Shown here piece by piece: positions 1 to 9,019 of a stretch of DNA of 64,000 nt. Both the position numbers and the translations under genes were made by a program. The notes below the pieces were generated by a model. That model was not told where the DNA came from and did not search any database. It worked only from the letters and a program-made list of their open reading frames with translations. How positions within the stretch are numbered: position 1 is the stretch's first letter; every line of letters begins with the position of its first letter. Source of the stretch: an uncultured Gammaproteobacteria bacterium (GTDB lineage Bacteria > Patescibacteriota > Microgenomatia > UBA8517); assembly GCA_964600575.1 (NCBI GenBank), contig CAZRJH010000001.1, forward strand, positions 223,683 to 287,682, in the 5' to 3' direction.

Positions 1-5
1 TAGTT

Positions 6-779
6 ATGCTTAGCGGAATGCCCGCTCATTTAACCTATGAAGATATCGTATTAAACAATCCGACAAACGATAAACGAGTTTTTACTAATGGAAGAATCGG
101 ACAATCGGAAGCGGATTTTTACGAAGGCCATCTCCTTATTGAGCATGAGTTAGAAAAAGGAATTGTTTTATTAAGAGATGCTTTTGAGGAAGCAAGCAAT
201 AACCCGTTATCACCTGTAGTTGCCGAGGCTTTAAATCAAAGTCAAAACTCCTTAAAGTTTTTAGTTGAATATACGGGCAGAATCGGAAGAGATATGTCGA
301 TTGAGGATTTTAAATATTTTAGAGCCTACTTACAGTCCCACCCCAGAAACGGACTTTCGGGGCCAAGCGGCCAGTTTACTGCCAGGGTTCCCTTAACGGA
401 GGTGCTTTTGGTTGGAGACAGATTGGGGTCGGGACACTCGGACTATTTTGACAAATATAGACAATACTTCCCTGTAGACGGTATGAAGCAGATAGATAAT
501 TATTTCCAAAGATCGGTTAACGAAGGCAGTCTTTTAACTAAGCTGCAAAAAGCCGGCAACCCTGAACTAAATAAGTTAATTCTTGCTAACTTAAAACTAA
601 TCATGCAATTTAGAAATGCTCATATGAAGGCGACCAAAAGACAGCTTTTAGACGGAATAACCGGCCCTGTTAGAGGTACAAGCGGAGTATCTGATATCGA
701 GGTTTTTTTGCGCGGAAGAATAGATAAATTTCAAACAATTATAGATAGTTCATTTTCGAACCATTTACAAAATGAGTAA
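6..779 (+). CDS. Tryptophan 2,3-dioxygenase (TDO)-like heme dioxygenase family protein, 5'-partial at window edge
   Basis: Motifs align to the TDO family: HLTYEDIV ~ RLTYGGYL; FRAYLQSHPRNGLSGPSGQFTAR ~ FRDVLGPSSGFQSLQYR; QFRNAHMKATKRQLLDGITGPVRGTSGVS ~ [23 protein letters not shown] (proximal His context). The N-terminus is about 30 aa short, consistent with truncation by the window start. Confidence 0.55.
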   Translation: MLSGMPAHLTYEDIVLNNPTNDKRVFTNGRIGQSEADFYEGHLLIEHELEKGIVLLRDAFEEASNNPLSPVVAEALNQSQNSLKFLVEYTGRIGRDMSIEDFKYFRAYLQSHPRNGLSGPSGQFTARVPLTEVLLVGDRLGSGHSDYFDKYRQYFPVDGMKQIDNYFQRSVNEGSLLTKLQKAGNPELNKLILANLKLIMQFRNAHMKATKRQLLDGITGPVRGTSGVSDIEVFLRGRIDKFQTIIDSSFSNHLQNE

Positions 780-1524
780 AGAAAACGACAATGTCGGTCA
801 TGGCGAATTCGAAGTAAAAGCTTTTGCCGTTGATTACGAGGTTATTGCTGATACTTTTATAGATACAAAGGGAGCTGCCGCTTCACTCGTAAAGATGCTG
901 CCAAAAAACTCAACTGTTTTTGAGTTGGGTTTAGGAACGGGTTATTTTGCACAATTTCTTTACAACGAAGGTTTAAATGTTTCCGGAATCGAACCTTCCA
1001 AAACAATGGCTTCCGAACTAAAACAGAGACATCCTTATATAACAATTGCCGCAGAGTTAGCTTTAGAGAATTACGATTTTGATACAAAGCACGAAGCCAT
1101 AGTCTCTCATAGTTCGATTTTCCTCTTTACGGCACCTCACGAGGATCCGGCCTTATTTACGGACCAAGATCTGATATTTCAATCCTTCCTGGTGGATGAG
1201 GATAAAAACATAGAAAATCTTCAAAAAGTCCTATCAGCCTTAACCGATAAAGGAAAACTTTTTATAAATATACAAACAAACGCAAAACCGTCGACGGTTA
1301 TTAACGAACATTTAACATTTAAAATGCTTGAATGTGATTACAATTTTTCTTCAAAAAGAGTTTCCAAACTGTTTGCTTTGGTAGCAGATGGAGAAACAAA
1401 GCTCATGGGTCCGGATGTCTCTTACGTTTTACGATGGCATGATTTTTCCGGTTTAATAAACGGCTTTGGTTATAAAACAGAGGTCTCAGAAGATAAAAAG
1501 TGGGTAATAATATCTCGTATTTGA
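772..1524 (+). CDS. Class I SAM-dependent methyltransferase
   Basis: Glycine-rich SAM motif ELGLGTGYFAQFL followed by an acidic residue pattern; about 250 aa; start overlaps the upstream stop (operon coupling). Confidence 0.6.
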   Translation: MSKENDNVGHGEFEVKAFAVDYEVIADTFIDTKGAAASLVKMLPKNSTVFELGLGTGYFAQFLYNEGLNVSGIEPSKTMASELKQRHPYITIAAELALENYDFDTKHEAIVSHSSIFLFTAPHEDPALFTDQDLIFQSFLVDEDKNIENLQKVLSALTDKGKLFINIQTNAKPSTVINEHLTFKMLECDYNFSSKRVSKLFALVADGETKLMGPDVSYVLRWHDFSGLINGFGYKTEVSEDKKWVIISRI

Positions 1525-1560
1525 CTTTCTGCCAAAAGCTAAATATACTCTTTTAAGTTA

Positions 1561-1780
1561 AAAGCACTTGAGGTGAGGGAATGGACTCACCGAGCTGACC
1601 TGTGAATCATCGAAAGAAAGTAGCAGGCTCCGGAGGACACCGTAACAAGTCAAGACTAATGTCGCTAAGGCGGAGTTAGTTACAAAGGTCCGACGAGTGA
1701 TTGTCGGACAAACAAAAGGTGGCACAGCGAGAGATCTCGCCCTTATTACCGAATTTTCGGTTGTGGAGGCGAGTTTTTTT
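1561..1780 (+). promoter_or_regulatory. T-box-like riboswitch leader: hairpin with UGG in the loop, conserved core, antiterminator with UGGCACA bulge, intrinsic terminator
   Basis: Hairpin GGUGAG-GGAAUGGA-CUCACC (1571-1592) places UGG followed by A in the loop, like an ultrashort stem I. A core containing ACCGUAA and GUCGCUAAGGCGGAG is shared with the second leader at about 9079-9118. A stem GUCCGAC/GUCGGAC lies at 1688-1709. The T-box-like sequence is AAAAGGUGGCACAGCGAG (1714-1731). It can form the antiterminator AAGG / UGGCACA bulge / GCGAG-AGAU-CUCGC / CCUU. The competing terminator CUCGCC...GGCGAG + U7 lies at 1735-1780. Confidence 0.55.
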
Positions 1781-1791
1781 GTATCTAAATA

Positions 1792-3281
1792 TGCATAAAG
1801 AAAGAATAAACGGTCAGGCAAAAGATGTTGCAGTCATAAGACTCAAAGGATTTCCTTATCAACAGGAAATGTTTGGTGTGAGGATAGACTGTTCCGAAAT
1901 CTTGGAAGATCTTACTGCTAATTCAGCCTACGAAGAACGGCTATCCAGAAACATAGCACTTAACGAAGAAAACCTTAAACCTCTATTTGAAAGCGGCTAC
2001 TATGGAATAGACGCAAAGATTAAAAAAGCGGAACCGTTAACTTACCCCGAGGCTTTTAGTTTAATGACTTTTGTGTCTATGGGCGTAAACAAGTTGGTAT
2101 ACAACCAGCTCCAGCCACGCATTTATTCGGGAATGCCAGAAGAAACAAGGCAAATGCTGAGTACTCCCGAAAGAATCTTCGATCAATCGATAGCACTTTT
2201 GTCGGCAATGTCTGCTAAAGAGGCTTTTGTGGGGCTTACCCCGGAGGAGATTGCAGGACTTACGGCAGCAGCTCTCGAAATAGATACGATTGTAAGAATT
2301 CCGGCTTCAAAAAGTGTTTTAGGGATAGGCGGAATGGGCGGAGATAGAGGCTATAAACGAAACGGCGACAACTCGAAACTGTTTAGTTTGTCAACGATGG
2401 GAGCAATCGTTGCTTCCAATTTTGGATATGTCCATAAACACCACTCGTATCCAAACACATCTAAAGTTGCAGGACAAAGTGCAATAGAAGCATTCGGTGC
2501 CATGTCTAATCAATCCACCCCTGAACAGTTTGTTGTTTTGCAGGAAAGTACTCAGTTGATAATGACTAGTTGCCATACCACAAGATTAATCCACACACTT
2601 TCACATAGACTAAAGGGGGAAACAATTAACCACATAGTTGGACCTCTGGCTATACCTGTAGACAAAAACACCGAAGTAAACGCATTTATAGGAGCCAACG
2701 ATAATGTACACCCTGAAACAATTATCGATTCATTAATTGTGATGCAAAAACACGGAGTTCAACGTTACGGCAACAGCGTATCTTTTTGCGGACTCAATAC
2801 AAACACTATTCCTGCAGAAATATTAAATCCTGACACTTACTACAAAAGTAAAGCAGCTAAATCACTTGTTGCAATAGACGAGGTTGCACCCCCGCCTTAC
2901 AAAACTCTGGCAGCTTTTATGGTTAGCGGAATAAATTTGGGAACTTTCGTAATCGAATCCTCTGATTTTATGGAGGATTCGGAACTCGCCGAAGTTCATT
3001 TGGAAAAATTACTTATTCCAAACACAACCGAAGCAATTATGAAAACCAACCAGGAGGCGTTAACTGGGGCCGATAAATCAAAATCCTATTACCTTGCTAT
3101 GACAGCTGCTTTGGGACTGTTTACTAAAGAATATGCTTCTAAACCCGGAGCTTTTGACCGAAAGTCACGAAAAGTTAACAGAGGATATTTAAGACATGCT
3201 TTTAAAAGATCTTTGGAGGCAATTTACTCCGGACAGGCATACAATAAACTTGTAGATTACGCCGAAGCCTCCAGAAAATAA
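1792..3281 (+). CDS. Glycosyl-transferase family 3 (TrpD / nucleoside-phosphorylase fold) protein with long N-terminal extension
   Basis: LGIGGMGGDRGYKRNGDNSKLFSLSTMGAIVASNFGYVHKHH matches the TrpD GTGGDG..NISTA...KHGN signature. The protein is about 497 aa from Met 1792, against about 340 for canonical TrpD. The ORF-track start at 1701 would read through the terminator, so the downstream ATG is preferred. Confidence 0.55.
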
Positions 3282-3289
3282 TTAAATAT

Positions 3290-3985
3290 ATGATATCTGT
3301 TTACTCTACATTTGCCAGTGATACGTTGCTTAAAGACGGATCAAAAACCGTGCTTAACGGAGGACCGTTATATTTTATCGAGGAAGTTTTTAAAACTAGC
3401 GGAGTTTCCTATGAGTCACATTATGGCAAAAGTGCGTCGGTTGAGATAAAAATTAGCCGAGGAACGGAAATCGGGAAAATAACTAAAAAACCGGAGTATT
3501 TAGAAATCAACCCCCTCGACTCGGCCGATATTGTCTTGATATCTACAATCTTTGACGAGTGGAAATTGGACAACGCCGCGAGTTTAAAAGGAAAAATCAT
3601 TCTTGACTTACAAGGTTATGTAAGAAATCCTGATATTTTTGGCGGTAAAAAAAATCTTGAACTCCAAGACCAAGTATTAAAAAATATATTTTGCCTAAAA
3701 GCCACCAAACAGGAACTCGGCTACTTAGGTGAGTCACAAGTCGAAGATCAAAAAAAGCGGGTATTAATAGTCACCGACGGAGGAAATGAAATAGTGGTCT
3801 TTGAATCAGGCAAAAAAAGTTATTTTAAAGTAAACAAAACAGAGAATTTTAAAGACACAATAGGCGCAGGAGACACTTTTTTGGCAAATGTGGCACTAGG
3901 GCTAGACAGCAAAAGCGAAGTTGATGAGACAATTAGAGTTGCAATAGACAAAACTTTGGATTTTTTAAAGTCAAAAACCGAATAA
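3290..3985 (+). CDS. PfkB/ribokinase-family carbohydrate kinase (short form)
   Basis: C-terminal DTIGAGDTFLA anion-hole/ATP motif typical of the ribokinase/PfkB family; 231 aa is short for the family. Confidence 0.5.
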   Translation: MISVYSTFASDTLLKDGSKTVLNGGPLYFIEEVFKTSGVSYESHYGKSASVEIKISRGTEIGKITKKPEYLEINPLDSADIVLISTIFDEWKLDNAASLKGKIILDLQGYVRNPDIFGGKKNLELQDQVLKNIFCLKATKQELGYLGESQVEDQKKRVLIVTDGGNEIVVFESGKKSYFKVNKTENFKDTIGAGDTFLANVALGLDSKSEVDETIRVAIDKTLDFLKSKTE

Positions 3986-3989
3986 ACAA

Positions 3990-4811
3990 ATGAAAGAGCA
4001 ATCAAAATTTTTAAAACCGATAGACAATATAGTGCTCAGCGATTTAGACAATACTCTGGTAGAAGGAGGCATCCATTTTAACCCGGAGTTGGTTGTCCCT
4101 GCAGTGACCAAAGCAAAACAAAACGGATTTGTTGTAGGACTTAGCTCCGATACTCCCTACGAAGCTCTAGAGGTATGGAGAGATAGATTTTCCATGAACG
4201 GACCGATAATTGCAGAGAAGGGCCTTGTTGTCGGCTTAGAAAGCGGGCTCATATACAACAAATCAGATTCCGAAGCGTTTTTTAAAACCAGAAACTTAAT
4301 TGCCGAACAGTTTAAGATGCTTGGATTTGTAGTTTGGGAGGGAAATCCGGTTGAGGCATTAAGGTCTAATTTGCTAATCGGAGAACCGAATGACAGAGTT
4401 CTTTTAGTGAATAGCTTAAGAAAATGTAGCCTAGGTTTGTTTTTTAGGAAAAACGACCGAAGCGGAAGAATGACAATAGATGACCCTACAACTAATTTTG
4501 CAGTGGAAAATTCAAGGCAGTTTTATCCCGATTTTGATCTGGACGAAGATTTAAACACAAAACACGGTCTAGTCTTGGTTGCCAGAAAAGGTACAAATAA
4601 AAGAAGCGGAACAAAAATTTTGATGGATAATCTAAAATTGGAAGAAATAGGTATGGTTGGAGACTCAGACGGGGATTTTTTGGGCAAAGATATCGCAAAA
4701 CATTACGCAGTTGAAAACGCTTCGGATTCTTTTAAGTCTAAAACTGTTTATGTATCGGACAAACCACTTGCCTCCGGAGTTGCCGATATATTAGAAAAAA
4801 TTATTGAGTAA
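3990..4811 (+). CDS. HAD-superfamily (Cof/IIB-type) phosphatase
   Basis: Motif I LSDLDNTLV near the N-terminus and motif IV GDSDGDF near the C-terminus. Confidence 0.6.
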   Translation: MKEQSKFLKPIDNIVLSDLDNTLVEGGIHFNPELVVPAVTKAKQNGFVVGLSSDTPYEALEVWRDRFSMNGPIIAEKGLVVGLESGLIYNKSDSEAFFKTRNLIAEQFKMLGFVVWEGNPVEALRSNLLIGEPNDRVLLVNSLRKCSLGLFFRKNDRSGRMTIDDPTTNFAVENSRQFYPDFDLDEDLNTKHGLVLVARKGTNKRSGTKILMDNLKLEEIGMVGDSDGDFLGKDIAKHYAVENASDSFKSKTVYVSDKPLASGVADILEKIIE

Positions 4812-4826
4812 AATAAAACTAATTTT

Positions 4827-5663
4827 ATGAACAAATTAAATGAAATCTTGGGAACAGCTAAGCCTCTTTTGGGAATGATTCATTTTCCGCCCCTGATAGG
4901 GCACAAGGACTTTCCTGGATTTGACTATATTGCTACAAAAATGCTTTCCGAAGCAAAGATTCTTGAAGACTCGGGATATGATGCCATTATTATCGAAAAT
5001 AACTACGACACTCCTCATACGGAAAAAATAACACCTATGTCTGCTGCCATGTTCGGGGCTCTTGCTAAAATACTCGAAAACAAAATAAATATTCCGTTTG
5101 GCGTTGATATTCTTTGGAACGACTTTGAAACTTCGCTTTCTGTGTGTGCGTCTTCTAAAGCTAAATTTTTTAGAGTGCCAGCATTTGTAGACAGTGTTAA
5201 AACAGATTATGGAGTAATGGAGGCGAGAGCGGACGCCATTTCCGAACTCAGAAAAAGGTTAAACCTAGAAAACATAGGCTTATTTGCGGATATTCAGGTT
5301 AAACATTCGGAGATGCTCGACAAAAATAAAAGTTTATCGACATCCGTAAAAGAAGCAAAAGAAAAAAGCGCCGATGCCGTAATTGTAACGGGAAAGTGGA
5401 CAGGAGATGCCCCCAAAATCGAAGACTTAAAAGAAGTTAAAACTGCAGTCGGGGATTTCCCTATTTTAATAGGCAGCGGTTCGACCATAGAAAACTTAAA
5501 ATTGTTATCAATGTACGCAGACGGAGTAATTGTAGGAACCTTTATTAAAGACGGAGAAAATCAGGATAAAGAAAAAGAAATAAACCTAAAACCTTTTGAG
5601 GCAACGATATCAAAGGAAAAAGCTTCCGACTTCGCAAAAGAGTTTAAATCACTATTTAAATAG
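4827..5663 (+). CDS. BtpA/SgcQ-family TIM-barrel protein
   Basis: N-terminal LLGMIHFPPLIGH and overall length/pattern resemble the BtpA family (PF03437). Confidence 0.45.
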   Translation: MNKLNEILGTAKPLLGMIHFPPLIGHKDFPGFDYIATKMLSEAKILEDSGYDAIIIENNYDTPHTEKITPMSAAMFGALAKILENKINIPFGVDILWNDFETSLSVCASSKAKFFRVPAFVDSVKTDYGVMEARADAISELRKRLNLENIGLFADIQVKHSEMLDKNKSLSTSVKEAKEKSADAVIVTGKWTGDAPKIEDLKEVKTAVGDFPILIGSGSTIENLKLLSMYADGVIVGTFIKDGENQDKEKEINLKPFEATISKEKASDFAKEFKSLFK

Positions 5664-5680
5664 TTTCTTCTCTCTTGCCT

Positions 5681-5709
5681 TTGACGTAAACGTTCATAAA
5701 GCCTAAAAT
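5681..5709 (+). promoter_or_regulatory. Sigma70-like promoter for tyrS (TTGACG-17-TAAAAT), likely a leaderless transcript
   Basis: TTGACG at 5681-5686, a 17-nt spacer, TAAAAT at 5704-5709; the ATG at 5716 sits where the TSS is expected and no SD is present. Confidence 0.45.
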
Positions 5710-5715
5710 CAGCAT

Positions 5716-6864
5716 ATGCAAATTAACGAAGTTCTAGAAAGGGGTGTCTCCCAAATTCTCCCTGACAAAAAGGGATTAGAGGACCTGTTGTCCAAAAAGA
5801 AAATAAAACTTTATCAGGGTTTTGATCCTTCGGCCCCCTCACTTCATTTGGGAAACTTTGTGGGACTAATGAAGCTTAGACAGTTCCAAAAACTAGGACA
5901 TGAGGTTATCTTTTTGGTGGGGGACTTTACGGGAATGATAGGCGACCCGACAGATAAACTTGCCACAAGAAAGAAATTAACAAGGCAAGAGGTTGCAGAA
6001 AACGCAAAAGCTTGGAGATCCCAAGCATCAAAAGTTCTTGATTTCGAAGGTGATAACCCCGCTAAGATTATTTTTAATTCCGAATGGAGCGACAAAATAA
6101 CTTTTAAAGATCTTATAGAAATAACTTCCAATCTTACAGTTCAACAAATGATTGAAAGGGATATGTTCCAGGAACGCCTTAAACAAAAAGCCCCGATTTA
6201 TTTGCATGAATTTTTATATCCCGTTGCCCAAGGGTACGATTCTGTTGCAATGGATGTTGATCTAGAAATCGGCGGAAACGACCAGCTTTTTAATATGATG
6301 GCTGGTAGAACTTTAATGAAAGCCATTAAAGGCAAAGAAAAATATGTTCTTACAACCAAGCTGCTCGTCGACAAAGAAGGTAAAAAAGTAGGTAAAACCA
6401 CGGGCAATGCGCTTTTTATGGATTCCACTCCTTCTGATTTTTACGCAGGAATATTATCTTTCCCCGATGAAGTAATACTTTTAGGATACGAGCTTTTAAC
6501 GGAGCTATCTGTAAGCGGTTTAGAGGAGAAAGTCAAAGAAAATCCTATGAAGGAAAAGAAAAATCTAGCTTTCGAAGTTGTCAGATTTTTATGGGGAGAG
6601 TCAAAAGCACAAGAAGCACAGGAAAAATTCGAAAAAACTTTCCAAGAGAGATCTCCCGAGTTTAATATCAAAGTAGATTCGGGTAGTCCGCTTGTTCAAA
6701 CAATTATTCCTTTCACATCCCTTGCGAGTGCCAGCGATGCTAAAAGACTACTTAAACAAAATGCCGTAGAAGTTAACGGTAAAAAAACTACTGACGGGTC
6801 GTATGTAGTGCAATCCGGTGACGAAATAAAAGTAGGCAGCAGGACGTTTTTAAAGGTCAAATGA
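5716..6864 (+). CDS. tyrS: Tyrosyl-tRNA synthetase
   Basis: Class I aaRS: DPSAPSLHLGN (HIGH variant), KVGKT (KMSKS variant) and a C-terminal S4-like domain (LLKQNAVEVNGKK). Confidence 0.8.
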   Translation: MQINEVLERGVSQILPDKKGLEDLLSKKKIKLYQGFDPSAPSLHLGNFVGLMKLRQFQKLGHEVIFLVGDFTGMIGDPTDKLATRKKLTRQEVAENAKAWRSQASKVLDFEGDNPAKIIFNSEWSDKITFKDLIEITSNLTVQQMIERDMFQERLKQKAPIYLHEFLYPVAQGYDSVAMDVDLEIGGNDQLFNMMAGRTLMKAIKGKEKYVLTTKLLVDKEGKKVGKTTGNALFMDSTPSDFYAGILSFPDEVILLGYELLTELSVSGLEEKVKENPMKEKKNLAFEVVRFLWGESKAQEAQEKFEKTFQERSPEFNIKVDSGSPLVQTIIPFTSLASASDAKRLLKQNAVEVNGKKTTDGSYVVQSGDEIKVGSRTFLKVK

Positions 6865-6971
6865 TATCATCTAAAGGTAAAAAAATATTCAAAATCATAA
6901 TAATAGTTGCAACCATTGCTCTACTGCTTAGTGCAATTCTTCCTTTTGTTGCTTATATCTAAGACTGCCGA

Positions 6972-8972
6972 ATGGATCTATCATCTCCAATAACCGATCT
7001 ACCAAAAGTAGGGCCCATATTATCCAAAAAGTTGGAAAAGCTGGGAATCAGGAAAATTAACGACCTTTTTTATCATGTCCCCTCCCGTTATCTTGATTAT
7101 TCTCAAGTAACCACTATTAACGGATTAAGGGTGGGCGAAGTTGTTACAATTCACGCAAAAATAGTTTCTATTGCAAATATTTTTTCCAAAAAGGGAAGGC
7201 GAATGCAAATAGGAAGTGTTGAGGATTCAACGGGCAAAGTTATGGTTGTTTGGTTTAATCAACCCTTTTTGGTTAAGATGCTTTACCCGGGACGGCTTGT
7301 TTCGTTGTCGGGGAAAGTAGGATTTTTTAACAGAAAGATTTGTTTAACTTCACCCGATTACGAAATTATGGAAGAAGAGGAGGGTGAGACTTTTCATACG
7401 GGTAAACTTGTGCCCGTTTACCCCGAAACTGCAGGACTTTCTTCCAAGTGGCTAAGGACATTAGTTAGAGTAGCCTACGGGAACGAAGGAGTTCAAATTA
7501 ACGACTTTTTGCCTAGGGATATTCTAGAAAGAGAAAACTTGGTAGGTATAAAAGAAGCTTTTTCCCTTGTACATTTTCCGAAAAAAGAGGGGGATGCGAT
7601 AGTAGGACGCGAAAGGCTGGGTTTTAACGAGCTGTTAAATCTTCAGCTTAAAAGTGAATATAGAAAAATAAACTGGAAACAAAACAAAGTTAAATACAAG
7701 CTTAAAATCGACGGGTCTGCACTTAACGAATTTATTAAAAGTCTTCCTTTTGAACTTACCGACTCACAAGGTAAAGCTATCGAAGAAATTATGGAAGACA
7801 TGGAAAAGCCGGTTCCCATGAATAGGCTTTTGGAAGGAGATGTAGGGAGCGGAAAGACAGTTGTTGCTGCCGCGGGTGCTTTCGCAGCATTCACTAACGG
7901 TTATCAATCCTTAATAATGGCCCCTACACAAATTCTTGCTAATCAACATTACGAAACGCTCAAAAAAATATTCGAGCCTTTTAATCTGCGAATTTCTTTG
8001 GTTACCTCTGCTAGTAAAAAGATTGAGCTGGGAAGAAGCGACATTTTTGTTGGAACACACTCTTTGATACACAGCAAGATCAGTTTAGACAAGGTTGCTT
8101 TTGTGGTAATAGATGAACAACATCGCTTTGGCGTAGAACAACGGGCTCATTTAGCTAAAAGGTCGGGTACGCCACATGCATTAACTATGACAGCAACACC
8201 GATTCCCAGAACGGTCGCACTTACAACTTACGGAGATTTAAGTTTGTCAGTCCTTAAAGAAAGCCCTAAAGGCCGCCAGATTGTTACTACTTGGGTTGTG
8301 TCCGAAGAAAAACGGAAAAACGCTTATGCCTGGATAGAAAAACAAATAAAAGAAACGGACTCTCAAGCATTTGTTGTTTGTCCTTTGATAGAAGATTCCG
8401 AATCCGAAACAATGACGGACATAAAGTCTGTTACTTCCGAATACGAAAAACTAAAAAAGATTTTTCCAAAAAGAAAGCTTGGACTACTTCACGGCAGAAT
8501 GAAGGCTAAAGAAAAAGACTTGATTCTTTCAGAATTTAAAAGCAAAAAAATGGACATTTTAGTTGCCACACCTGTTGTGGAGGTTGGTATCGACATACCA
8601 AACGCAACAATAATGGTTATAGAAGCTGCAGAAAGGTTTGGTTTGGCCCAATTGCATCAGCTAAGGGGACGTGTGGGTAGAAGCAGCAAAAAATCTTATT
8701 GTCTACTGTTTAGCAATATTAAATACTCCAAAAGGCTCAAGGCTATGGAAAAAACACACTCGGGATTCGAACTTGCCGAAATTGATTTAGAGTTAAGGGG
8801 ACCCGGAGAAATTTTTGGAACACTTCAATCCGGATTTTCCGAACTTAAAATAGCCGCATGGAACGATCACAAACTAATTAAACGGATTAAAGACTTGGCA
8901 GACGAGATAGTCAAAAACTCCAAAAAATTTCCGGAAATTACTAGAATGTTTAACGAAACTTCATTGATCTAG
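6972..8972 (+). CDS. recG: ATP-dependent DNA helicase RecG
   Basis: N-terminal wedge/OB region, Walker A GDVGSGKT, DEQHRFGV (DEQH box) and helicase C motifs (QLHQLRGRVGR). Confidence 0.85.
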   Translation: MDLSSPITDLPKVGPILSKKLEKLGIRKINDLFYHVPSRYLDYSQVTTINGLRVGEVVTIHAKIVSIANIFSKKGRRMQIGSVEDSTGKVMVVWFNQPFLVKMLYPGRLVSLSGKVGFFNRKICLTSPDYEIMEEEEGETFHTGKLVPVYPETAGLSSKWLRTLVRVAYGNEGVQINDFLPRDILERENLVGIKEAFSLVHFPKKEGDAIVGRERLGFNELLNLQLKSEYRKINWKQNKVKYKLKIDGSALNEFIKSLPFELTDSQGKAIEEIMEDMEKPVPMNRLLEGDVGSGKTVVAAAGAFAAFTNGYQSLIMAPTQILANQHYETLKKIFEPFNLRISLVTSASKKIELGRSDIFVGTHSLIHSKISLDKVAFVVIDEQHRFGVEQRAHLAKRSGTPHALTMTATPIPRTVALTTYGDLSLSVLKESPKGRQIVTTWVVSEEKRKNAYAWIEKQIKETDSQAFVVCPLIEDSESETMTDIKSVTSEYEKLKKIFPKRKLGLLHGRMKAKEKDLILSEFKSKKMDILVATPVVEVGIDIPNATIMVIEAAERFGLAQLHQLRGRVGRSSKKSYCLLFSNIKYSKRLKAMEKTHSGFELAEIDLELRGPGEIFGTLQSGFSELKIAAWNDHKLIKRIKDLADEIVKNSKKFPEITRMFNETSLI

Positions 8973-9019
8973 TTGACAAAGTATTTTATAAGTATTATTA
9001 TAGGTTTACATTTTAATAA

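Noticed and set aside
1561-1700. Considered RNase P RNA, SRP RNA, tmRNA or 6S RNA for the structured intergenic RNA
   Set aside because: None of the universal motifs are present (RNase P GGAAAGUCCGG/ACAGAAA, SRP domain IV GGAAGCAGCCAAGG). The UGGN bulge/terminator architecture fits a T-box leader instead.
1701-1791. ORF-track start of the TrpD-like gene at 1701
   Set aside because: It would translate through the T-box/terminator hairpin; the Met at 1792 after the terminator is more plausible.
7643-8509. ORFs 7643..7894 (-) and 8291..8509 (+) inside recG
   Set aside because: They lie antisense or out of frame within a well-supported recG CDS; low-complexity translations.
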